Part shown: positions 1-8,628 of the stretch, piece by piece | Layout of the letters: each line of letters begins with the position of its first letter | Position numbering within the stretch: position 1 is the first letter of the stretch | DNA from: an uncultured Alphaproteobacteria bacterium | Lineage (GTDB): Bacteria > Pseudomonadota > Alphaproteobacteria > GCA-002720895 | Assembly (NCBI GenBank): GCA_964637965.1 | Contig: CAZWXP010000108.1 | Span: 22,342 to 46,341, forward strand | Length of the DNA stretch: 24,000 nt | Direction of reading: 5' to 3' | Made by a program: the position numbers and the translations under genes | The notes under the pieces: model-generated | What the model was told of the DNA's origin: nothing | The model's database searches: none | Seen by the model: only the letters and a program-made list of their open reading frames with translations

Positions 1-1532
1 ATGCGTTGTCTTTGTCCGCCTGATAATTTTCCACCTTTATCTCCTATGATCGTTTTGTATTTTAATGGAAGTTTTTTTATAAATTCATTTGACTGTGATG
101 TTTGTAGAATCTTTTCTAAATCTCTTTTATGATATTTTTTTTTGTTTGTAATATTATTTATAATTGAGTCATTGTACAAAAAAACTTCTTGAGGAATATA
201 CGATATTAAATTTTTTTTAAATCCTTTTACTGAAAAATTATATTTCTTATTATCTACTGTAATTTCTCCTTTGTAATCATGTAATAAACCAGATATAACA
301 TCTAATAAAGTAGTTTTTCCAGAACCCGATGGCCCTTTGATAAGAATGCGATCGTTTTTGTTTATTTTTAAAGAAACATTTTGTAAAACTTTGTTAGTTG
401 AATATGAATAACAAATTTTCTTTAATTCAATTTTATTTCTGAAATTAATAGTATAATTCCTCTTTGATTCTTTTTCGTTTATTAAATTTCTATTAAGATC
501 ATTTAAACGCTTATTAAGTGGTATGTAACTAAAAATACTTTGTAAATATTTTTGAATTGTTGAAAGACATTGAGTTATTCTAAGAAAAAGGATGCCCAGT
601 AACCCCACTTTTTCAATGCTCATTTCTAATTTAACTAAAACTATAAAAATTCCAAATAATAAGAAAAAAGTAAAAAAAATATTTTGAGAAGCAACAGTAC
701 CTTCTTTATATAAAGAAAGTTTTTTGGAATCTACTGCTAATTTGTTAATTTCTTGAGATAAATATGAATTTATCTTTTGTTGAAATTGCTCAATTTTTAT
801 TATTTTAAAAGAATTTAAGAAATCAGAAAAAATTCTATTAAATTGTGAAAACGTAATTGTATTTTTTAATCCAAGTTTCTTTGTTAAAATAATAATCTTA
901 TTTAAAAAAATAAAAACAAATAAACTTATAAATACAGAAATCAAACTTATTTTCCATGATATAAGAAAACTAAATCCTATATAAACAATTGCTTGTAAAA
1001 TTGCGGTAATAATTTTACATATGTGAACATAAATATAGCCTGTCGATAATGTTTCTCTATTAATTACATCGATTAGTGATCCATGTGAAAAATTCTTTAA
1101 ATAATTTGGTTTTATGTTTATTAAATTGTGAAGAAATTTCTTTCTAGATATAGCTGTAAAATCTGCCCACACTTTATTCATTTGCCAAAGTGCAAAAAAA
1201 TTTAGTGAATGTTTACAAGCTAATAATATTCCAAATAGAAATAAAAAGCTTCCTACTTCAATTTTTAAATTGTAACTTTCTAAAAAGTTTAGAACTTTAG
1301 TACTAAAAACTGAAATATTATCTAAATTATTATTTAAAAGAATCTCCAAAAATGGGATTAGTAATCCTATTCCAATTGCTTCTGAAAAAGTAGCTAGCAA
1401 TATCAAGCTAACATTAAAAAAAGTTTTTAATGGAAATTCTTTAACTATCTGAGATAAAAGAAAAAATATTTCACTTTGTATTGTTATATTTTCTTTTAAA
1501 ATTTTTTTAAAATTTATTACACCTATTGACAT
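1..1532 (-). CDS. ABC exporter with fused permease and ATPase (MsbA/PglK-like type I exporter). The C-terminus runs off the left edge.
   Basis: Absent from the supplied ORF track because it is open at the window edge. My minus-strand translation from the ATG at 1532-1530 reads MSIGVINFKKILKENITIQSEIFFLLSQ..., with a hydrophobic N-terminal half. Walker A GPSGSGKTT lies at 335-309 and the ABC signature LSGGQRQR at 26-3. Both are in frame with 1532 (checked by modulo 3). Confidence 0.85.
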   Translation of the reverse strand, partial: MSIGVINFKKILKENITIQSEIFFLLSQIVKEFPLKTFFNVSLILLATFSEAIGIGLLIPFLEILLNNNLDNISVFSTKVLNFLESYNLKIEVGSFLFLFGILLACKHSLNFFALWQMNKVWADFTAISRKKFLHNLINIKPNYLKNFSHGSLIDVINRETLSTGYIYVHICKIITAILQAIVYIGFSFLISWKISLISVFISLFVFIFLNKIIILTKKLGLKNTITFSQFNRIFSDFLNSFKIIKIEQFQQKINSYLSQEINKLAVDSKKLSLYKEGTVASQNIFFTFFLLFGIFIVLVKLEMSIEKVGLLGILFLRITQCLSTIQKYLQSIFSYIPLNKRLNDLNRNLINEKESKRNYTINFRNKIELKKICYSYSTNKVLQNVSLKINKNDRILIKGPSGSGKTTLLDVISGLLHDYKGEITVDNKKYNFSVKGFKKNLISYIPQEVFLYNDSIINNITNKKKYHKRDLEKILQTSQSNEFIKKLPLKYKTIIGDKGGKLSGGQRQR

Positions 1533-1563
1533 AAAATAATTAGATCTCCAATTAATTGTTAAT

Positions 1564-3135
1564 TTATAAACTAAATATTTCTTGATTTAAGAGTTTCTTT
1601 TTTTTTACTTCTTTTATTCCTAAATTAATTAAATCAGAATTTAGTATTAATCTATTTTTCTTATCTATATTAGTACTTATATAGCCACATCTTTTTTTTA
1701 AAATAGAAATAAAATTTTGATCCAGATTTCTTTCATTAATATTTATAAGTAATATTGGTATATTTGTTTTAAGAGACTCGTTAAAAGCCGATGTTTCAAC
1801 GCTATCAAATAATAAAATATCTGCTTTTTTATATGCATTTAGCATATTTTTTTCAATTATTTTTAAATCAAATTTTTTTAGTAAAGAAATAGGAACATCA
1901 TGATAATTTGCTGGGTGAGGCTTATAATATAAGTCGAATCCCAGATTTTTTAAATTGTTAAATAATCTTGCTTGCCAATCTAAATAAACTTGATGTGGGT
2001 AAAATAAATTAAAACCCTGAATAACTGCTTCTTTTGTATAAATTCTAGGTATGTAAACTATTGACTTATAAACATTTCCTTTCTTTATATACTTAGTATT
2101 TTTTTTTTCTTTATATTCAACATAATGAATATTATTTTTTCTAAATTTGTTAAATAATAAATTTTTGTTGAATTTTTTTTTTAAAGCGGACTGCATTTTT
2201 TTATTATAAGTAAAAAAATGGTCTAAATAATTAAATTCTATAACATGTTGAGTTATTGAATCTTTCCATCCAGAACCTGCTCCATGATCAAAACCATAAA
2301 CAATTCCTCCATTCATCATAACCGCATATGAAAATATACGATTAAATGAAATTCCCGTAGAACCTAGCCAAACTTTCTTAGGAAGGTATCTTCTATTATT
2401 TAATAAACTAGAATAATGAATTAAACTGACTTTAAAACTTGAGTCTATAAGTCTGACAATATAATTCTTTTCATTTTCTAATAAATTAATACCAAAATTT
2501 TTAAATACTTTATTTATTGTGTTAAATGTTTTTAAGGATGAATTTTTTTCAATTTCATCCATTTGCAAATTCTTTTCATTAATTTTTCCATATTTAAACC
2601 AATCATAAAAGGAGCTTAATCTTACATTATGTTTCTCTTGAGATAATTTTCTTTCAATTAATTCGCATTTTGTAAATGTAATTATATGATTATCTTTAAT
2701 ATTCTCTTTTTTGATATATTTTAGATTTTTACTAAAAAAATAAGATTTAGCTTTTGATATTGATGAAAGAATTTTATTTTTTTTTTGCAAACCATTAAAA
2801 AACAAATTTGTATCTTTAGTAAAAAGAATTTTTTTTTTTAAATAAATTGATTCTGTATATTTAGTTCTTAAAAAATTTGAATAAGGTTTTTTATTTGATA
2901 ATAAAATATATTTTTTAATTGCAAAAAAATTTGTAAGATCTTTTGCAATTAGGAAAATATTCAATTTAAGCATCTCGTAAAATTTATTCTTATCAGATTT
3001 TATTAAAAATAATAATTCTTGATATATTTGTAATTTAAATTTTTCTAGAATTTTCATTGAAATTGGGCAATAAAAATCTTTCAAACCTTTTTGATTAAAA
3101 ATAAAGTCTTTTACAAAAAAATTATTTTTCTTCAT
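1564..3135 (-). CDS. Large conserved-looking protein of unknown function. It may be a GT-B-like glycosyl or nonulosonate transferase.
   Basis: 523-aa ORF with an ATG start, tightly packed in the operon. The C-terminal third (YYKPHPANYHD...ADILLFDSVETSAFNESLKTNIPILLIN) resembles the C-terminal Rossmann half and the 'HP' motif of GT-B sialyl/capsule transferases. The resemblance is weak and judged by eye only. Confidence 0.35.
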   Translation of the reverse strand: MKKNNFFVKDFIFNQKGLKDFYCPISMKILEKFKLQIYQELLFLIKSDKNKFYEMLKLNIFLIAKDLTNFFAIKKYILLSNKKPYSNFLRTKYTESIYLKKKILFTKDTNLFFNGLQKKNKILSSISKAKSYFFSKNLKYIKKENIKDNHIITFTKCELIERKLSQEKHNVRLSSFYDWFKYGKINEKNLQMDEIEKNSSLKTFNTINKVFKNFGINLLENEKNYIVRLIDSSFKVSLIHYSSLLNNRRYLPKKVWLGSTGISFNRIFSYAVMMNGGIVYGFDHGAGSGWKDSITQHVIEFNYLDHFFTYNKKMQSALKKKFNKNLLFNKFRKNNIHYVEYKEKKNTKYIKKGNVYKSIVYIPRIYTKEAVIQGFNLFYPHQVYLDWQARLFNNLKNLGFDLYYKPHPANYHDVPISLLKKFDLKIIEKNMLNAYKKADILLFDSVETSAFNESLKTNIPILLININERNLDQNFISILKKRCGYISTNIDKKNRLILNSDLINLGIKEVKKKKLLNQEIFSL

Positions 3136-3139
3136 AAAA

Positions 3140-4429
3140 TTATTTGATTAATTTCTTTAAAATTAATAAATCAATTATAGGAATTAGTTTATGTGCTGAA
3201 ATTTTTAAAATATTTGCAATATCAATAATATCATTAGTGCCATCAGCATAAATTATAAAATCTAAAATAGTTTTTATTTGTCCTTTATTTTTTTTATAAA
3301 AATTTATATTAGAAATTTCATGATATAAATTTCTAGAACTTAGATGTGGTTCACATGTTGTAGTAGATTTATATTTTTTATTTTTTTCTAAAACATCAAT
3401 ACATTTTTTGTGAATTTCATAACTACCTTCTAAACCTTCTTCTGATACAAAATTCAAATTGTCCAATGAAGTGTGATATTCTCGATAAGTTCCGTATTTT
3501 GATCTCATAATTGATACCATTGGTAAATTTATTCCTGGACTGCAGTATTGTCTTTCATCGCTACCTCTATCTAAAAAGCTATAATATTTTTTTTTTGTTG
3601 TGTTATATTCAAGAATATTTTTTGCTAACTTATCTGCTATTGTGTTTCCATATTTAGATGGTAAAAAGGAAAATGTTTTATTGTCTCCTACACATGTAGC
3701 GTTAAATCCAGCTAAAACATTTCTTTTTAATTTATTTAAATTCTTAAATAGATATATTATTGAACCTATTGTTTCTGGAATAAAAACAAAACGGTATGTT
3801 AAATTTCTTTTTTTATTTAATAAAACATATTGAATAAGAGATATTAATAATGCTGTTCCTGATAATTCATTATTTGCCATCGATGGATGACAAATGTAAG
3901 TTGAAAAAAATATTTCGTTTTTCTTCTTTCCTGGAATAATGATTTCGCCATAATTAAATTTCCCATTTGTAAATTTAGAATCAATTTTAACATAGTAGTT
4001 GCCCTTCTTTTTTTTTAATTTCTTCATTTCATTCCAACTTAAAGAAAATCCCCAATTTTTTTTGTAATATGATGTTACGTAAGGAATGGCATTTGGTATT
4101 TTAGGCTCAGTGTGTAAATGTTTTTCTAACTCACTAAATGACATTTTTCTACTTACTGGCTCTGAATATGAAACCAAATGTAAATTATTATTTTTAAAAT
4201 CAATAATTTTTTTATTTTTTTCATCTTTTACGTAAGCATCTTTAATATTCCATTCCTGTGGCACCTTCCAATCAAAAACTTTTGTTCCGGACTTAACTGA
4301 ACAAATTCTTAAACTAGGTATTATTTTTTTTATATACTTAAGTGTTTGATACAAACCTTTACCACTTATACTTCTACAAATTGGAAAAAGATCGACAATC
4401 CAATTATACATTTGTTTACCTTTTCTCAT
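3140..4429 (-). CDS. Aminopeptidase-like (M28-like) protein of the DUF4910/DUF2172 family, with a probable C-terminal winged helix.
   Basis: 429-aa ORF. The N-terminus (LFPICRSISGKG...KVFDWKVPQEWNI...) matches my recollection of the aminopeptidase-like domain proteins that recur in polysaccharide loci. Family assignment is from memory. Confidence 0.55.
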   Translation of the reverse strand: MRKGKQMYNWIVDLFPICRSISGKGLYQTLKYIKKIIPSLRICSVKSGTKVFDWKVPQEWNIKDAYVKDEKNKKIIDFKNNNLHLVSYSEPVSRKMSFSELEKHLHTEPKIPNAIPYVTSYYKKNWGFSLSWNEMKKLKKKKGNYYVKIDSKFTNGKFNYGEIIIPGKKKNEIFFSTYICHPSMANNELSGTALLISLIQYVLLNKKRNLTYRFVFIPETIGSIIYLFKNLNKLKRNVLAGFNATCVGDNKTFSFLPSKYGNTIADKLAKNILEYNTTKKKYYSFLDRGSDERQYCSPGINLPMVSIMRSKYGTYREYHTSLDNLNFVSEEGLEGSYEIHKKCIDVLEKNKKYKSTTTCEPHLSSRNLYHEISNINFYKKNKGQIKTILDFIIYADGTNDIIDIANILKISAHKLIPIIDLLILKKLIK

Positions 4430-4433
4430 TTTC

Positions 4434-5072
4434 TTATTTTTTTTTTAATAAAAACATTGAATCAATTTCTTTATTGGAAATCAGGCTTTTAAAAAGGATT
4501 TCTTTTTGTATTTTAAGATCTGTGAAAGTAGATATAAATTTTTTTGAAAAATCAGTTTTCCATAACAAGTTTTTATGATTTCTATAGTTAACGTTTTCAT
4601 ATTTCTTAGAATAATATTCAAAACACCATATCCATTTAGATGTAACTCTATACATCTCGGACATGAAATGAGAAATATTGGATGGATGAATATGTATTAA
4701 AACATTGCTTGTAAAAACTAGATCAAAAAAATTCTTTTTAAATGGTATATTATTTCCATCACCTTGAACAAGATTAATAAATTTAAATTTTTTTTTTAAA
4801 TTTTTAATACATAAGCTTTGTAATTCAATACCATAAAGGTTTTTAAAACCCATTTTATTTAAACAATTTAATTGGTAACCAACATTACAGCCAATTTCTA
4901 AAATTCTTATTTTTCTATTAATTTTTTTTAAAAATAAATTATTTAATTCTAATTTTGTTTTTCCAAATCTTTCTTTATAATAATTATTCCAACTTTCAAA
5001 ATCTTTATGTAGATTTCTGTACATTTGGTCTGTTCCAAATTTTCCGTACCAGATCTTTCCTTGATTATCCAC
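4434..5072 (-). CDS. Class I SAM-dependent methyltransferase, similar to pseudaminic-acid-biosynthesis-associated methylases.
   Basis: 212 aa. SAM motif I is ILEIGCNVGYQL. The N-terminal IWYGKFGTDQMYRN resembles that family. The start codon is GTG (5072-5070), because the conserved N-terminus precedes the first internal ATG. Confidence 0.65.
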   Translation of the reverse strand: MDNQGKIWYGKFGTDQMYRNLHKDFESWNNYYKERFGKTKLELNNLFLKKINRKIRILEIGCNVGYQLNCLNKMGFKNLYGIELQSLCIKNLKKKFKFINLVQGDGNNIPFKKNFFDLVFTSNVLIHIHPSNISHFMSEMYRVTSKWIWCFEYYSKKYENVNYRNHKNLLWKTDFSKKFISTFTDLKIQKEILFKSLISNKEIDSMFLLKKK

Positions 5073-5076
5073 TATT

Positions 5077-5949
5077 TTAAAAAACTATATCTGTTTTAAG
5101 TTTTTTTATTCCTTCATTTAATTTTGGTAAATTAATTCTCATAGTTTTCTCAATTTTTTTTATCGACATTGTCATATTTGACGGTCTAAAAGCTTTTAAA
5201 TTTAAATTTTTTGATGCAACAAATTTGAATTTATTTTTATTTGCCTTAATTAATTCTGCAAATTTTAATAAAAACATTCCTTTAGATAATTTATCTTTAG
5301 ATCCTATATTAAATGTTCCTTTTATATTTTCTCTAAAAATAATTTTATTTAATACTTCGGATAAATCTCTTATATAAATTGGATTAAAATAAATATCACT
5401 AACCAAATTTATCTTCTTTTTCTTTCTTATTTCATCCAGAAACCAATTAATAAATGAGTATTTGTGATTTGGAAAGTAACCAAAAAAATTAGTTCTTATA
5501 ATTACATGATTACTTACATTTTCTACTATCTTTTCAGCTAAATACTTAGTAACAGAATAAGTGTTACTTGGCCTAACATCTTCCTCTTTACTGAATCTAT
5601 TTGAATTATAAACTTGATCTGTTGAAATATAAATTAATCTTACTTTTTTTCTTTTTAATATCCAATTGACAATATTATATGTTCCTTCAACATTTAACTT
5701 ATATGCTTGTTCAAAATTATTTTCACATTTATCTACATCTGTTATTGCAGCTAAATGTATTATTATATTTGGTCTAATTTTACTTAATATTTTTTGCAAT
5801 TGATTTTGATTAACTAAGTTCGTATTTATAATTCCATTTTTTTTTTGCTTGTATCCTAAAGGGAAAACTAAATGAAACTTTCTAAGATATCTTATTAAAA
5901 AATTACCAAGCTTTCCTGAAGCGCCTGTTACAAGAATTCTCTTTTTCAT
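5077..5949 (-). CDS. NAD(P)-dependent sugar-nucleotide reductase/epimerase, RmlD-like (extended SDR).
   Basis: 290 aa. Rossmann motif ILVTGASGKLG, catalytic YSVTKYLAEK (YxxxK), and the size typical of dTDP-4-dehydrorhamnose-reductase-like proteins. Confidence 0.7.
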   Translation of the reverse strand: MKKRILVTGASGKLGNFLIRYLRKFHLVFPLGYKQKKNGIINTNLVNQNQLQKILSKIRPNIIIHLAAITDVDKCENNFEQAYKLNVEGTYNIVNWILKRKKVRLIYISTDQVYNSNRFSKEEDVRPSNTYSVTKYLAEKIVENVSNHVIIRTNFFGYFPNHKYSFINWFLDEIRKKKKINLVSDIYFNPIYIRDLSEVLNKIIFRENIKGTFNIGSKDKLSKGMFLLKFAELIKANKNKFKFVASKNLNLKAFRPSNMTMSIKKIEKTMRINLPKLNEGIKKLKTDIVF

Positions 5950-5953
5950 TAAT

Positions 5954-6985
5954 CTATTTGAGATTTTTAATTATGAATTCCAAATTTTTAAAATTTAATT
6001 GCTTTTTATTTGTGTTGCTTTTGTATTCAAAGTTCTTAAAAACTTTCTTTCCGGATAACTTTTTTTTAAAATTTCTATCCCAAAATGCTATTGATGGCTC
6101 AATTACATATCTATCTTTAAATTCCAATGTTTCTCTTGATTCATCAGAAGATATTAAAGTTTCATGAAGTTTTTCCCCAGGCCTTATTCCAATAAATGAC
6201 TTTTTTATTTTAGGACAAAAATAATTTATTAAATCTATAACTTTTGAACTAGGTAGCTTAGGGACATATATTTCTCCACCTTTCATTATATCTAAACAAG
6301 ATAGAACAAATTCTACTCCTTGTTCTAGGCTAATCCAAAATCTTGTCATATCTTTATCTGTGATAGGAACGTATTTTATTTTTTTAATTAAAGCTTTTTG
6401 AATAATCCAAAATATACTTCCTCTTGAACCAATTACATTACCATAACGAACAACTGAAAATTTTGATCTTCCATTTGCTGCTAGATGGTTACCTGAAACA
6501 ATTAATTTGTCAGATGCTAATTTGCTAGCACCATATATATTTATTGGATTAGAAGCTTTATCTGTTGATAAAGAAATTATTTTTTTTACGTTGTTTTCCA
6601 ATGCCGCATAAATAACATTTTCAGCACCCAAAATATTTGTTCTTATGCATTCTGTAGGATTATATTCTGTTGCCGGAATATGTTTTAAAGCTGCTGCGTG
6701 GATAATATAATCAACATTTTGAGTTGCTATTTTAAGTCTATCTCTATCTCTAACATCTCCAATAAAAAAACGTAATAAATTTTTTTTTGGATGTTTATCT
6801 AATCTTATAAACATTTCATTTTGTTTATGCTCATCTCTAGAAAAAATAATTAATTTTTTAGGTTTAAAACATTCTAATATTTTATTAACACATGCATTAC
6901 CAAAAGAACCAGTGCCACCAGTAATTAGTACTGATTTATTATTCAAATTAAGAGAGTTTTTATAATACTTAAATTTATTTTTCAT
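5954..6985 (-). CDS. pseB: UDP-GlcNAc 4,6-dehydratase of the PseB/FlaA1 type.
   Basis: 343 aa. Motifs VLITGGTGSFG, IIFSRDEHKQNEM and YGASKLASDKL. The catalytic Tyr is retained, which fits PseB/FlaA1 rather than the CapE type. It sits next to PseH-like and PseI-like genes. Confidence 0.75.
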   Translation of the reverse strand: MKNKFKYYKNSLNLNNKSVLITGGTGSFGNACVNKILECFKPKKLIIFSRDEHKQNEMFIRLDKHPKKNLLRFFIGDVRDRDRLKIATQNVDYIIHAAALKHIPATEYNPTECIRTNILGAENVIYAALENNVKKIISLSTDKASNPINIYGASKLASDKLIVSGNHLAANGRSKFSVVRYGNVIGSRGSIFWIIQKALIKKIKYVPITDKDMTRFWISLEQGVEFVLSCLDIMKGGEIYVPKLPSSKVIDLINYFCPKIKKSFIGIRPGEKLHETLISSDESRETLEFKDRYVIEPSIAFWDRNFKKKLSGKKVFKNFEYKSNTNKKQLNFKNLEFIIKNLK

Positions 6986-6991
6986 ATTTTT

Positions 6992-7531
6992 TTACTTATT
7001 TTTTTTAGAAAAATTTTTAGATAAAATTCCAAAAAATAATGAGTCATGCCATTTATTTTTAAAAAAATAGGTTTCTTTATGTCTTCCATCAAGTTGAAAT
7101 TTTAATTTTTTAAACATTTTGATTTTTTTTTTATCAAACTCATAAATTTCAGCCCATATTCTATGAAGATTTAGTACATTGAAACCATAATTCAATAAAA
7201 TATTGGCAGAATCTATGGCAAATTTTTCATCTATATAAATATTATTTTTTCCAATATAGATTGAGAAATCAGCATTTTTATTTATCCAATCTATATAACA
7301 AAGACCACAAGCGCCTATCAATTCATTTGTCTTATTTTCTATTATAGAAAACATATGCGTGGTATCTTTTTTTTTAACATACTCTTTGAACCACAAATTC
7401 TGATTATATATGTTAATTTCTCTATGCTCTCGGAAAAACTGTCTAAAGCTTGGTTTATTCCTCCAATTCATTAGAGATTTTAAATCTTTTTTTTCTATTG
7501 CTCTTAAAGAAGTAATATTGCCTTTTAACAT
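6992..7531 (-). CDS. pseH: GNAT N-acetyltransferase, PseH-like.
   Basis: 179 aa. The N-terminal LRAIEKKDLKSLMNWRNKP is typical of PseH-type GNATs. It lies between the PseI-like and PseB-like genes, 1 nt after the former. Confidence 0.55.
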   Translation of the reverse strand: MLKGNITSLRAIEKKDLKSLMNWRNKPSFRQFFREHREINIYNQNLWFKEYVKKKDTTHMFSIIENKTNELIGACGLCYIDWINKNADFSIYIGKNNIYIDEKFAIDSANILLNYGFNVLNLHRIWAEIYEFDKKKIKMFKKLKFQLDGRHKETYFFKNKWHDSLFFGILSKNFSKKNK

Positions 7532-7532
7532 A

Positions 7533-8609
7533 TTATAAAATATCTGATAAAAAAATTTCCATTCCTTTTTTTTTATTTATTCTTAATTTTTTATTTAAAA
7601 TTTTTTTTAATTTACTTGGTGGTAAAGAATTTTTAGGTGCAGGTCTTAAAAATGTTAAATCATTAATTTTGATTATATTGCCTTTTAAAAGATTTTTATT
7701 TAATCTTATGCATCTTCTTTGTACAATTGCACTTTCTAGTTCATTTTTTTCAATAATTTTTTTTTCACTTCCTAATGAATCTTCTAATTCTCTTGCATTT
7801 TTAATCATCTCTTTCCAAGAATTAGGATTCATAGAGAAATAATGGTCTGGGCCTACTCTTGAATTATCATCAGTAAAATGTTTTTCAATAATTCTTGCTC
7901 CTAAAGAAATAGCGCCAAGAACTGTCGCATGTCCTTCAGTGTGATCTGACAGTCCTAATATGACATTCTTATATTTTTTTCTGAAAAGATTTAGCACTTT
8001 TAAATTAATATGTTTAAAATTATTTCTTTCATTTTTATAGTTTGTATTACATTGCATTAAACAAATTTTATCATTATTTGTATTAATTATTTTTACCGCA
8101 TTATCTACATCCTTTATATTAGAAGCTCCTGTTGCCAAAATTATAGGTTTATTTTTCTTTGAAACTGCCTGGATAAATTCTAACCAAGTAATATCTCCTG
8201 ATCCTATTTTATATACTGATGAAAATTTACTAACTTTTTTCAATGCATCAAAATCGTAAGGAGTTGTCATCCATTGAATATTAATTTTTTTTGTTAATTC
8301 AAATATTTTTTCATCCCAATTTCTATTAAATGAATATTTTTTATAAATCTCGTAGACAGAATTTTTCCACTTTGCTTGATGGCTCATTTTTTTACCCAAA
8401 TTTTTAAAACCATAATCGCTTACTATTTTTGGAGCTAGGAAATGTTGAAATTTAACTGCATCTGCGCCACACTCTTTTGCTAAATATACAAGCTTTTTTA
8501 CCCTATCAAATTTACCATCATGATTAGCTGCTATGTCAGCTATAAAATAGGATGGATTGCTTAAAGAAATTTTTCTTTTATTTATAAAAAATTCAGATTT
8601 AAATTTCAT
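7533..8609 (-). CDS. pseI: Nonulosonic acid synthase (NeuB family with a C-terminal SAF domain), probably a pseudaminic acid synthase.
   Basis: 358 aa. Motifs FIADIAANHDGKFDRVKKLVYLAKECGADAVKFQHF and LSDHTEGH. The C-terminal SAF-like tail is GNIIKINDLTFLRPAP...GMEIFLSDI. Confidence 0.7.
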   Translation of the reverse strand: MKFKSEFFINKRKISLSNPSYFIADIAANHDGKFDRVKKLVYLAKECGADAVKFQHFLAPKIVSDYGFKNLGKKMSHQAKWKNSVYEIYKKYSFNRNWDEKIFELTKKINIQWMTTPYDFDALKKVSKFSSVYKIGSGDITWLEFIQAVSKKNKPIILATGASNIKDVDNAVKIINTNNDKICLMQCNTNYKNERNNFKHINLKVLNLFRKKYKNVILGLSDHTEGHATVLGAISLGARIIEKHFTDDNSRVGPDHYFSMNPNSWKEMIKNARELEDSLGSEKKIIEKNELESAIVQRRCIRLNKNLLKGNIIKINDLTFLRPAPKNSLPPSKLKKILNKKLRINKKKGMEIFLSDIL

Positions 8610-8628
8610 TATTTTTAAATAGTAAATA

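Noticed and set aside
3560-3565. Additional GGTAGC hexamers: GAGGTAGCG on the sense strand at 3559-3567, and GGTAGC on the antisense (plus) strand at 6252-6257.
   Set aside because: A 6-mer is expected roughly once by chance at this window size. The GCGG part of the ops core is missing, and one copy is in the wrong orientation.
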